A stretch of DNA of 64,000 nucleotides from Lophium mytilinum. Taxonomy: Eukaryota. A program made the translations under genes and the position numbers. The notes beneath the pieces are model-generated. The model was given only the letters and a program-made list of their open reading frames with translations. It had not been told where the DNA came from and did no database searches. Shown piece after piece: positions 24,604-37,800 of this stretch. Positions within the stretch are counted from its first letter, which is position 1; every line of letters starts with the position of its first letter. Location: NCBI GenBank assembly GCA_010093605.1, contig MU004188.1, positions 1,553,673-1,617,672 of the forward strand, given 5' to 3'.

Positions 24604-26752
24604 ATGGCGATGTGGAACAACACCGATCAGAACGGCCCTCTTCCGATCTGGCTCTGTCTTCTGATAGTGCTACCCGCTATCTATATCGGGTACCAACGAG
24701 TTCTCTCCCCATTCGCAAACATTCCCGGGCCATTTTGGGCAAGTCTTTCACGGATCTGGATAGCTAAGCACTCTCGGGATGGCGACCTCAACCACGTAAT
24801 GATCGACCTGCATAAGAGATATGGACCGCTTGTCCGAACAGGCCCAGATGAAGTGTATGAAGCGCGAAATCGATTCCCTATCACTCTGACATGATGTTTT
24901 AGGAGTGTGGCCGACTTGACAGCCATCAAGAGTATATACGGTTTGTATTTCAGATAGAGCCGTGTCGTCATCTGTTAACAAAGCATAGGGGCTGGAACCA
25001 AGTTTCGAAAATCAGACTGGTACTCTGTTTGGCAGGTTAGTTAACCCTCTTCAGTTCATGTAGACTGCTTTACCACCGTCGGGAGCCCCTCAATGTCTTT
25101 TCGCAAACAAACCTAGGACAAAAGCTCATATCTTTGAGCACTCGCCAGAAGCACCAAATTTCCTTAGAAAGCGCTCCTGGGTAGAGCATTTAATGACTTA
25201 TTGATAGGGAGCCCGCAAATTCGATCTTTTCGGAGAACGAAATGAATCTGTGCACGCAGCTCAGAGGCGCCTTGTCGCCCAAATATACTCCATGGGTTCC
25301 CTCAAGGACGTCGAAGAATTCGTCAATAGTCCTATTGAGGGGTTCATGCGCAAGATGAGCGAGTTTCAGGATTCGAAAGAGCCAGCCGACATAGGCAAAT
25401 TCGTGCAGCTATTCGCGTTCGGTACGTCCCTAAATACTTGCTCCCATCCGAACTTTTGTCTCATTTCATGCCTCGCAGACATCATTGGAGAGATAACCTT
25501 CTCGAAGACTTTCGGTTTCGTGGATGCTGGCACGGACGATGGGACATTCAACTCCATCGAAGGTATCCTCCACTCCGTATGCTGGCTTGGTCAAATGCCC
25601 TGGGTCTACTGGCTTCATCAAGCCCTCATGCCTGTGATTGGTAACCATCTCGGGGTAAATGCTCGTCATAGCGGAGTTCGAAACTTCGCTATGAACGAGG
25701 TTAGTGCTCGAAAAGACCGCGGGAGCGACCGGAAAGATATACTCAGCAAGCTATTTGCTGTGAACGAGAACAAGCCGACTGAATTTGATTTGAACGCAGT
25801 GATATCCATGGCTACGTATGCTTCTCAATCTCTCGGGAATAATTTAGTATGACGGCTCACTATTGGCAGTTCAAACATAGCTGCGGGTAGCGACACAACA
25901 GCTATATCAATTCGAGCCATCATATACTACCTGCTAAAGAACCCTACATACAAACAACGACTCGTTAATGAGATTGATGACTTGCGCCGACAGGGGAAGA
26001 TAAGTGACCCGGTTTCGCTTACCCAAGCAGATGGCATGCCGTACCTGCAAGCGGTCATGTACGAGGCTCTACGCATCCACCCGGCTGTAGGGATGAGCCT
26101 ACCGCGGGTCGTACCCTCGGGCGGCACAGAGATTCATGGCAAATACATACCTGCCGGCGTAAGAATGTATGAGTCAAGGACTTGTAAATTGAATTCTGAC
26201 AAGAGGTATAGACTGTAGTTGGTGTCAACCCTTGGGTGGTCCACCGCAACAAGGAGGTGTTCGGGGACGATGCTGATAGCTTCAGGCCTGATAGATGGCT
26301 TAATCAAGATGAAAAGGCTCTGGGGGATATGCGTAAGCCTGCAGCTTGGCTACCACGTTTGCGGTCTTGCTAACTCTAGTAGATCGGTTCTTCTTCGCAT
26401 TTGGTTCTGGTGCTAGAAGTTGCATTGGGAGAAGTATATACTCATCGCTTCATGATAACTGGACGTGCGCTGACCTCTGACACAGACATCAGCTGGATGG
26501 AGATGTCCAAGGTCACTGATCCCGTCCGAGACTGTCCTAAGAATCTATTCTAACCTTTGATAGCTGATCCCTACGCTGTTCATGAGGTATGACCTCACTC
26601 TGGCTGATGCCAACGCTGAATGGACGGAGAAATGCTGGTGAGTTGTCCTCTGATCGCATCGAATTGGCTGTTTTGACACGCTTAGGTGGTTTGTCATTCA
26701 GAAAGGACTGTACGTGAATGTCCGGAGGAGGTACATCGACGGTTCATCCTAA
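24604..26752 (+). CDS. Cytochrome P450 monooxygenase (about 10 introns)
   Basis: N-terminal TM, IPGPFWA, YGPLVRTGPDEV, I-helix AGSDTT, YEALRIHP (ExxR), FRPDRW, and heme motif FGSGARSCIG. Confidence 0.93.
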
Positions 26753-27766
26753 GCGTACTTCCACCGCATCACTCTCTTCCGACACTCCTGCTGCAGACAA
26801 ATGCCCAAGAAGGTTCCACGCACAACCTGGCTTGAACAGACCGCTGAGGCTTCAAGCACCTGTTCGTAACAAGTCAAGGTTCTTAAGTCGTGGTACCTGA
26901 GTAATGGACGATGATGAGAGAGTAAGTAGCATTATGGCTGATATTGGCCGGGGAGGGTTGGCTGGATCATATCTATCGGAAGCAAGGTTGAAACTTAACA
27001 AGACGATACTCACTTGACTTGAAACCGTACGTGGTACTTCCCAGCCGCAGCTGTTGACATTTGAGGGAGCACTGCTGCCACCCCTGGTGCTGGAAGACTG
27101 AGCTGAAATTGTCCGTCCCCACGTGTAACAATCTCCGTATCCACGTGAGGCTGCAGCGTGGAGAGACCCCGGCACGCATCTTCAGGGCGTTGTTATCGCG
27201 GGTCCGACTGTGCCACAGAGTTCTCGTTTGATTCACCGGCAGCTTCTCCAGTGTATTCTGCCACGCGATGCGCAGAAGGAGGTGGTTGTAGACTGAGACT
27301 GCTGCAGTCAATAACAGAAAATCGCCCCTAATAATGCAGGCGGCGAGCCAGTCAGACATGGGCGGGAGATTTCTCGCCAGGCACAGCTCTAAACCAAGGC
27401 GTAGCGGGCCAATGCTTCCCCAGACTGGCCGTCTGCTAACGGCTCGCTAAGTGCATTTATGCATGGGCATCTTTTGGATGTGAACGCCCAGGGACGGTGC
27501 ACACGCCGCATTGGAAAACCTTGATAATTGGCCTGGAGAGTGCCGTGGGCGTCTCCTTTGTGCCCTCACTTTCCAAGTCTCTCGCCGTCACTCTGCGCCG
27601 CCGCCGTGCTGAGCGCAATCGCACAAGACCTCCGCCGTCCCACGCAAACCCACCGCTCACCATGTTCTAGCTCCACCCGCCAGGTACCCCCTGACCGCGC
27701 AGACCACCGCGCAGATTTGCCTTCTACAAAGGACTGGTCGCCGGACTCCCGCCCGGACAGGTCGCT

Positions 27767-30189
27767 ATGGCTGCAGACCACTTGGCCCTTTCCTTCACCA
27801 ATCCAGACCTCATCCTTCCCGAGTCGACGTCGCGCAGCTTCTCTCCGGGCCCGTATGTCCAGCGACCGCCTTCTCCCTCATCGCTGCTGTACCATCTGGC
27901 GCATACCGTTCGGGGCCCCAACCCGCGAACAATGTCGCCCTCCGTGACGGCGCGCTCGTCAGCCAGCACCCTTCCGAACATTGCTGAGGTCGAGGCGACG
28001 CCGAAGCAACGCAGCCCGCGCGACCACGTTCTGGCCTCGTCGCCCACCATCCGCGACTCGATGTCAGGGAACATGGAGAGCTGGGATGTCTACAAGAACA
28101 GGAGACTGAGCAATGCCTCGAGCTCTGTTCACAGTGAAGACTTGGAGAACATGAAGTGGCCGGGCTTCGAAGGCACCTTTGACGACAGCGGGGTGGTGCT
28201 AGATGGGGACGACGAAGAGCACCATGGGGAAGCACACAAGTCAGCGCCTGGCGACGAGGAGCTGGACAATGACCCGTGGTCAGACGAGCAGGACGAGAAC
28301 GATGACGACCCCTACTCTTCGGCGGCCCTGAGCAGAAGAGCGGAAATTATACTGGCGAACGCAAAGAAGAGGCTGAATGTGTGTACATGCCTCCGGACAG
28401 CTGGACTACTTACTGACATGTTTGGCAGGTCATGGAAGGAAACCTGAGAGGCGCCAGACACTCTCTGATGACGACTCCACCGCCGTCATCTTTCAACACC
28501 GCGAAGATGGCCTCGGAGCTGTCGCAGCATCTCTCGGCTGCCAGGGATCGAGACAGACAGCTTTACGGGGGCCTTGGATTCATGCCACCTAGACAGCGAC
28601 TGTATCACTCCTCTCCCCTCTCCACCGGTAATCCGAAACATTCGCGCGTCTTGAGCGAGACCTCAGTCCCGTCTCCAATCTCTGCAAGAGTCGCAAATAA
28701 CGCAAATGGAACCGATAGACGCTCGTCGAGTGCACTGGGCCCTACAAGTGGGCCATGGTCACCAGTCGAAGGATATTATGGGGTCCACGCTTCGATTAGG
28801 GAGACGAAAAGTCAGGAGGTTATGCGCGACCATCGTAATGGTTGGGGCAACGAGGGCGATTATCCCTTGCGCAAACATTCAGGATCGCCTACCCTCGAAC
28901 CCTTGCCTGAAGACGACCCGCCTGAGATGCCGAAACTTCATCGATCCGCGTCAACTACTAGCGACCTCCGAGTTCAGATGAATGAACTAAAGGGGAAGAT
29001 ATCTACGCTAAAGCAGCGCGCGCGGGAAGATGGCCTGCGACGTCGCAGTTTGCAGAGCCTACGGACCCCCAGCCCCTTTACTGCTGCTGAAATATGGTAC
29101 TCCGGAGCTGATGGATATAAGAGTAGCCCTATCTCTGCGGATGCGGGTGTCGGCTTCAAGGAAGAGCGTGTGCATGCCACCAGAGAGCTGTACCATGAAG
29201 ACACTAGAACTCCATCCCCAAAAACTACTCCGTTGGAAACACATCAACCCGGCGATCATAAGGCTCTGAAAGGTGAAAGTCACAGCGAATATCAAGAAAG
29301 CAACTACGAGGACGCAGAAGAGACCCCGGGAGAATATGAGGGACTACCGATTGACGAAGGCGACCTCGATGATATTGATTTTGTGTCCGTTGATAACGAC
29401 GACGTTGCTGAGAGCATATACGAAGATGCAGCGTACGACGTCCCTGTTGCAGCCCGCCACGAGGATCGCCTGGACGCTTTCGACTATGAGCACTTCTTCC
29501 TGCACAGTGCCATGGGGTCGTACAGCGCCGGCAGTCGGCGATCTAGCTCAAGTTCTGCGGGCTCTGCAGATTCTGCCGAGACCACCAGGCCAGTCACGGC
29601 GCTCATTGAACCTGCGGACCTGCAGTCCACGCCAAGGCAATTGCGCCCTGGGCTGCACCAACGCAACGATAGTGCTTCTTCAGTCTCTACAATGGCGACA
29701 TTTGCAACAGCTACCGAAGGTAACGGGTCTGATGATGGGTCTGATTACGGCAATGAACGACTGGACGAGTTCTCCCGGCAGGTGTTAGCGCAGCCGGTAT
29801 TGAACGGCATCCACCGCGTCGTGGACAAGGATCGGCCAGAGTCAGCCATCAACTTCTCGGCTCCACGTGGCTCGCACTATGCCAAGGAGTCGTCCGACTT
29901 GTCGAGCCAGACCTCGGGAGGTTTATCGCCAGGGGCAGACATTGTCGGGGGACTGCGGGCATCGAAGATATTCTCAATTCTGCTGGAGTCGTCGTCGAGT
30001 GACGGCCGGCGGCTGTCTCTCAACGAACATGAGAAGCAGCTGATTTACGGGCTGGCAGCAAGCTTGCAGCAGGTGTGCGCTAATCTGCAGAGCACGGCCG
30101 GGGACCAGTACGAGCGCAAGGCATGGCGCCGCCGCCTCGACGAGGCACGGAAAGTGCTCGAGGGCGAGGAGGTCGATGAGGCATTCTAA
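27767..30189 (+). CDS. Hypothetical, largely disordered fungal protein with coiled-coil segments
   Basis: Intron 28379-28428 fuses the 226-aa and 585-aa ORFs (RRAEIILANAKKRLN/VMEGNLRGAR). Confidence 0.85.
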
Positions 30190-31824
30190 TAGCGCAGGGT
30201 AGTGAGCTATTATCCTTTCTTTTGTTGCTTTGTATCTGATTCCCCTATCTGCTGCGGTTTAGCGATCTCGATTCTACCGACCAGAGGCCACGGTCGTGCT
30301 AATTGTAATCTCATTTCGTCTCCTTGCTTCTCCATATACTTTCCTTGTCTAGATCTCGGTTCGGCGGAGAGCTAGGGGTGGTTTCGTCCCTTCTCGGAGT
30401 ATTATGGGGAGCATTGAATACCCTGCGGGATGACTTTACGGAGGGAGTGCTGCTCCCGGACCTGTACATACATATACCCACGACATAGACACTACAAGCA
30501 TTAATATGACAGCTTTCCCCGCTGGACTGTATGATGCATGAGGCCCGCCGATATTCGGGCCTGCTCTGCGCGAGGCTCTTACGTGGTGGCCTCGAACCGA
30601 GCATGTCCCCTCGAGTTTCCAATATACAGCTGTCAGCGACCCACCGGCAGCTGTCGAACCGCATGCGTTGTCGCCATACCACAGCGGGCGAACTGGGCCC
30701 TCTCCACCGTCCTGCAGCGCGATTAGTACTGGGACGGGAGCGAGCCGTGGCGCTGGAGGCTAGGGCACCAGCAGCTCTACCATTCGCGCACGCGTCACGA
30801 CACCTAGCTACAAAGGGGAGTCGAGCTTCACCGCATCTTCTCTTCGCACAGCTTTCAGCGTCCTTCGACCCGCGAGGGCCAATTGCGGGGCGCAGAACAG
30901 CTGCGATGGGCCGCTGGCGTCCGCAGAAGCCGCCGATACAGGCAAAGCAGCCTCCTGGAGCCCGACGCTGCGTTGCCCTGCGGTTGTTGTGGGATGGTGT
31001 TGGTGTCTTATGATGCGCGTCACGGCCGGCAGCTGGAGGACAAATTTTCCTGCCTTACTGCATTTAATGTGTACCCCGCTGGCTGCCAGCCTGTTGCCAG
31101 CGTGCTGCTTTATCCCATACAGTCCATACTATACTCAATCCTCTGCGCGCCCTCTGCGCTCCCTCTGCCTGCCCGTTCTCCTGCTGTCAGCCCCCGTGGA
31201 GACGCCCGTTCCGTCTCTTCGTGACGACGGCGATACCGTTTACAGCGCCAATCGCTATCGGCGGGCAATCTTTCCCGTGTCGAGCAAGGGGCCATCGCCA
31301 GAGGCGTTTCGGCACACACAGCACTGCTCTGCAACTGGGCACACACCACCCACACCTGCACCTCGTTAGTGGACGCACTCCTCCAATACCCATGCGAGCC
31401 TTGTGACCGTCCCCTTCGCTGCATTCCCGCCGCCAACCTTCTCCTGCGTCTCCCTCCGCGAAGAAGGAGATTCCAGCTCGCTGCCGCCGTCCACGCCCCC
31501 CTCCGACGGCCTTATCCAGACATAGCACGGCCAGAACCTCCCCGGCCAAGATTCCAATTCGTCGTCATTTGGCCTCCTCCCAGCCTCACTTCGCCCTGCG
31601 CCCCCATTCTCACCCCTCAACCCTCAACCTACACCTTGCACGCTTTGCATACCGCGTAGCATTCTTGGATCTCGCAGCACCACCGCTCGCCGCCCCTCGC
31701 GCCCTCATCTCGACCCCATCTCCCGCTACGCTGCCGCCCGCCCCTCGATTCCCTTCAATGTGCCCAGCCCCCCCGCCTTGTTCACTCGATTCGCGCGCCT
31801 CCGGAGCCCAGGGCCCCTCGCACA

Positions 31825-34800
31825 ATGCCTCGATCCGCCGCCTCACGCCGCCCCGCCGCCGGCGCGCCATTGCAGAGACGAAAGATCCGGCCACCCTCGA
31901 GGACTGGATCGGCTGAGCGGGGCAGTAGTGATTGCGGCTCATGGGCCAGCTCCGACACCAAGTACGACGCAGGTGCGAGCCAGACCGGCAGCGACACCGA
32001 GTGGGAGCGAGAACCGGTGCTCGAGCTCATGACGGAGATTTACGAGGCTATGGACCAGCTGGAGTGGAGTGCGGGGATTTGGGAGAAGCGCGCGGCGAGG
32101 CGTGAGAACACGAGGCCTGGACACGACATCTCGGTACGATGCGTATTTTCCTATCTACTTTGTTTACAGATGCGGCATTCGGGGTTGAGTGCTTGTGTGG
32201 GCTGTTGTTTTGATTTATATGCATTTCTTGTTTTTGTTTACTTGTCTGCCTGAAATACCTCTAACATAACCCCAGATCCACAGCCTCGCGACGCAGATCC
32301 ACAACCTACTTCCCCCTTCCCGCAATGCGTCTACGGACCTCTGGATATCAGGCTCGTCCTCGGAGGTCTCGCCGCCGCCGTCATACGACGACACTCTGGC
32401 AGATCTGCCACCTGATTATACCACCACAGATGCGCTAGCCACCGCGCATATACCCAACTACTCGCTCTTCCCCTCTCTCAATCCCTCACTCGTGTCCGAC
32501 GTGCCGTCGTGCCTTCGGTGGAGTCGCGCTACCTCCCCAACTTCTTCCATTCTGGACGAGAAATTGTGGTACCCGCACGTGGACTTCTCAAGTTGTGACC
32601 CCGACAATTTCAGGAGCCATGCAAAGAAGAAGGGGGGAAAGGCCGCAAAGGCGGCACCAAAGGCGAAAGCTGACGAAGAGGAAAAGAAGGAGGAACCAGC
32701 CGCAGGCGGCGATGGAGGCGATGGAAATGGCGACAACAATGCTAATGGCGATGGAGGCGCTGGTGGGGATGGTGGAGATGGCGGAGGAGGTGGTGGGGGT
32801 GATGACTGGGACGCATGGGACACTGGTAAGAAGAAGAAGGGCGGCAAGAAAGGTAAGAAGCAAGAGGAGGAAGACGAGAAAAAGAAGAAGGAGGAGGAAG
32901 AAGAGCAGAAGAGAAAAGAGGAGGAAGTAGAGGCAGAGAGGATAAGAAAAGAGGAAGAGGATGCTGCTGCTGCAGGGGCGGCGGCGGCACCAGCAGCCGA
33001 TATTTCGTGGGCAGAACCAGAAGCTACTGGAGGCGCCGACGATTGGGGTGCGTTTACGACCACGACCAGCAAGAAAAAGAAGGGAAAGAAAGGAAAGGCC
33101 GATCCAACACCGCCTCCACCGCCTCCGCCTCCTCCACCTCCAGTCGAAGAGAAGGGTGCGAACACGGAACTTACTTTTGACGACATCAACCTCGACGACA
33201 CTGGTGGCGGGGGAGACAGCAGCGCGCCCAAACTCGATCTTAGCTTCGGTGACAATGCCGACACTGGTGTATCCAAATCTCCTAATTTTGGCTTCGGTGG
33301 CCTTGGTAGCCTCAGCACATGGGGCACAGGACTGACAAGCGGCTGGGGGAAAACAGCTTCCTGGGGGTTTGACAGCAACAGCGGCGGCGATGGCGACAAG
33401 AAGCCTGAGGAGCCACCGAAGGATGACAACCCCTGGGATTCTGGTGGGAAGAAGGACAAGAAGAAAAAGGACTCGAACCATGGGTTTGACTTCAACTTTG
33501 ATGCCTTCGGTGCTGATGGCACTGCGCCCGCACCCGAAAAAAAGGAGGAGGAAGATGATGGTTGGGGGTTTGCTTCAGCGAAAGACAAAAAGAAGAAGAA
33601 GGCTAGTCTGCTAAAAGATTCTGTCCCTGACGTTGTGCCCGAGCCAGTGGTAGAAGCGAAACAGGAAGATGACTTTGGTTGGTCCTTTGGCGCTACAACT
33701 TCAAAAGACAAAAAGAAGAAGAAAAAGGGAGCCGTTGAGGAAGTGGTTCCTGAACCCGTTGTCATTCCTGAGCCTGATCCCGAGCCCGAACCCGTGAAAG
33801 AAGAAGATCCGTGGTCATTCACCAGCGTTGCTACAACTGCAACGAAGAAGGGCAAAAAGGGGAAGAAGGCTGTTGAGGTCATCGAGGAGAAGCCCGTGGA
33901 AGAAACTCCTCCTCCGCCGCCGCCTGAGCCTGTTGCCCCGCCGCCCGCAGATGACTGGGGTTCATTTACGCCGACTGCCACAAAGGGGAAGAAGGGAAAG
34001 AAAGGCAAAGCAGAGCCCGTCAAGGTTCCTGACCCTATACCCGAACCAATTGTTGAATTGGAACCCGAGCCCGAACCAGTGGTAGTTGCGCCGGTAGAGG
34101 TAGTCGAAGAGCCCCCGGCGGATGATTGGGGAACTGCATGGGGCTCTGCAGGCACCACGAAAAAGAAAAAGGCAGGGAAAAAGGGAGCCAAGGTCGAAGA
34201 GCCTAAAGTAGAGCCTGTGCCAGAGCCAGAACCTGAGCCCGAGCCCGAGCCCGCCCCTGTTGTTGCGCCTCCGCCTGTGGATGACCTATGGGGAGACGAC
34301 GGCTGGGGAACAACCCCGGTTGTCGCCAAGGGCAAGAAAAAGGCAGGCAAGAAGGGGGCTGTGAAAGAGGAGCCTGTCAAAGTCGAGGAACCGCCAAAGG
34401 AGCCTGAACCGCCTATCATTCCGGAACCAGCACCACTCACGGATGAATGGGGTGGTCTCGGATCTTGGGGAACTCCAGCAGCAGGGAAGAAGAAGAAGGG
34501 CAAAAAGGGCTCTGTTTCGACAGCCTCGCAGCCTGATCTGACACCTCCTGATGAACCTATTCCCGAGGTTCCTGATATCAGCCAAGCATTGGCAGAGACA
34601 AAGGACACTCCGGCTGATGACGATTGGATGAATTGGGGCACTCCAGCTACCACCAAGAAGGACACAAAGAAGAAAAAGAAAGGGGGCCTTGTTGTGGAGG
34701 AGGTCATTCCTCCCCCAGCTCCGCCGCCGCCTCCAGCTGTCCCAGATCCCGAACCGGAGCCGGAGCCGGAGCCAGAACCAGAGCCGCCGAAGCAGGAGGC

Positions 34801-37800
34801 AACGGAATGGAGCTTTGGTGGCCTGTTTGGAGCTAAGAAAAAGAAGAAGGGCAAGAATGCCGAGCCCGAGCCACCACCTCCTCCGCCACCTCCTCCGCCA
34901 CCTCCAGTTGTAGACGAAACCATCATGACTCCTGACGCAGTCGATGAGCCGGGGGCCAAAGAAGAAGACGACTGGGCCGCACCTTCTTGGGGCAAAAAGG
35001 CCTCAAAGAAATCAGGGTCCAAGAAGGACACCCCCGTTGAAGTCACCGACGACACTCCCACTGCCCCCGTACAGAAGCCCGATCCCGTCGATGATATTGA
35101 TCCCTGGGGCAGCGGAGACTGGAACCTCGACCGTGCCAAAGAGAAGAAGAAGGGCAAGAAGGGGGGAATACTCGACGCGGACATAGCGGCACCAGAGCCG
35201 GAACCGATGAAGGAGATTGAAGCGCCTCCCGAAGAGAAGAAGGACGAAGAGCCCGGCTGGGGCTTTTCGACTTCGACTACCAAGAAGAAGAAGGGCAAAA
35301 AAGGCGTTGCAGCCGATCCTCCAAAGGTTGAAGCGGATGGCGGAAAGCTGAGCAAGACAACGACCAAAGACTCGGCGGCTTCGAAGAGCAAAACCAAGGA
35401 TAGCTGGGGCGACCTGGTGGAGCTGGACGAGCCAAAGGAGGAGGTGAAGGAAGAGGTCGTGGAACCAGAATCTGCCGCCGACGCTGCCAAAAGCTCATGG
35501 TCGACCTGGGGCGCAGCGAAAACATCGGCGAAGACGGAGCCACCACCAAAGAAGGAGATACCAAAAAACGAAACAACCAAAGCAAGGAGACTTCGGGAAG
35601 CAAAGGAGAAGAAGGAGCGCGAGGAGCAGGAGAAGTTGGAACGGGAGGAAAGGGAGCGTCTGGAACAGGAGGAAAAAGAGCGTCTGGAACGCGAGGAAGA
35701 GGAGAAGCGAGTAGAAGAGGAAAGAATCGAACGAGAGGCTAAAGAGGCCGAAGAGGCTGCTGCTGCTGCGGCGGCGGCGGCGGAAGAAGAGAAGAAGAAG
35801 AAAGAGGAGAGCTCCGGTGGATGGGGCTTTACCAGCCTGCTCAAGCCCAGCAAGAGAGAAAGTGTCAAAGATAGGAGGGCGAGAGAAGCCAAAGAGCAAG
35901 CAGAACGCGAAGAAAAAGAGCGCGAGGAAAAGGAAAAGGCCGAGCAAGAAGAGCAAGAGAGGCTAAGGCAGGAGACGGAGGAGCGCGAGGCAGCAGCTGA
36001 GAAGGCCAGACTTGAGCAAGAAGAGGCGGACGCTGCTGCTGCCGCTGAGGCTGAGAAGGAGAAGAAGAAAGCTGAGAGGGCGGCCGAGAAGGCGAGGGCA
36101 AAAGAGACGCCAAAAGAGAGAAAAGCTAGGGAGGCAAAGGAGAAAAAAGAGGCTAAGGAAAAGGAGCGGGAAGCCAAGGAAGCGGAAGAGGCTGCCGCTG
36201 CCGCTGTCGCCGCTGAAGAGCAGGCTAAGAAAGACGCCGAAGAGGCGGAAGCAGCTGCGGCTAAGCTGGCTTATGACAACGAAATCCTCGAGATCATTGA
36301 CGAAGGGCCGGTGAAGCCCAAAAAGAAGAAGAAGGGCAGCAAAGCGGAGGCAGCCAAGGCCGCTGCCGCTCCACCCCCACCTGCACTCACTGACGAAGAG
36401 CTCATCGCGCTGGCAGAGGCGGAGTTGGGGGGTGCGGCGGCGCCGGTCGAGGATCTGCTGGGGCTAGTAGAGCCACCCAAAGAGGTTCCTAAAGAGGAAA
36501 AGAAAGAGGAGGGGGGTGGAATTGCAAGCTGGGGTAGCAAGTGGGGCGTATCGCTGCGCAAGACTAAGCCCGTCGAGCCTAAAAAGGAAGAGCCCGTCGA
36601 GGTCGAGCCCGAAGTCGAGGTGGCCAATGAGATCGTCTCGCTTCCAGAGCCGGAGAAGGAACCAGAACCCCCGGTCGCTGACGACCCGCCACCGAAGGCT
36701 GCCAAATCGAAGAAGTCATCCAAGTCCGCTGCCATCGCGGAAAAGCTCAAAGCGCTGCAAGACAAGAAAGATAAGAAGGCTGCCGAAATTGCCAAAGCCC
36801 TCGAGCCCGAGCCTGAACCTGAACCTGAGCCTGAGCCCGAACTTGAGGAGCCCCCGCCGCCGCCTCCAGAGCCCCCGCTCGTAGAAATCATCGAGGCGAC
36901 ACCCAAGAAGGTATCCTCCAAGTCGAAGAAGTCCGACAAAGCTGCCGCAAAAGCCTCGTCGTCCAAAAAGAAGGAGTTCGCGCCGCTTGTCGTACCTGTT
37001 CCTGAGCCTGCGCCAGAGGAGATCCCCAAGGTCACCACTCCCATTCCCGGCGGGTTTCCCATGGACGACGATATCATGGACATGGACATGATAGATCTCG
37101 AGCCCTCGCCTCCGCCTCCCCCGCCTCCTCCGCCCGTTGTCGAGCCCCCCGCGGCCAAGAAAGCGTCCAAGAAGTCTGCAAAGAAGGGCAAGTCCAAGGC
37201 AGAGCCCGTAGAAGAAGCCCCGCCGCCACCGCCGCCAGCCCCGGAACCTGAACCTGAACCTGAAGTCGAAGTCGAAGAGTTTCGGGATATGGACGAAGAC
37301 GAGGTGCCCTCGAAACTTCCGACTCCGCCGCCTGAACCCGAGAGCAAGCCGGCTGAGCCGCCGAAGAAGGAGCGCGCGAAGGTCGTTCGCAATCAAGCTG
37401 GTGGGTCTTGGGGCTTCTGGGGTGCCGCACCAACACGCCCGACTCCCAGAAAGTCATCTCACGATGCTGCGACACCCGCAAAGACCGCCACTCCAGGCTT
37501 GACGCGGTCGAAGTCTGCCCGCGTACCCTCGACGAAAGACAAGGACGTCATGTCAAAGTCATCCGGCTCTGACAAGGTCAAAGCGGCCACTCGTGGCAAA
37601 TCCTCGCGCGGAGCCAGCTTCTCGCTCTTCGGTGCTCCTCCTCCCTCTCGATCGAAATCGGTCCGTCAAGCAACAACTTCGAGAACGACTTCGCGACGAC
37701 AATCGGTTGATGGTGACGCTGCCATGATGTCCCCTCCACAGACTGATACAGATATGGGCAAGGTGTCTGGGAAGGCGGCAAAAATGATGGGCATGAGGCC

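Noticed and set aside
32458..36177. 1,239-aa minus-strand ORF, and the 373-aa ORF at 36271-37392
   Set aside because: Antisense shadows of the K/E/P-rich gene. The S/F/G-rich translation mirrors its codons and has no independent features.
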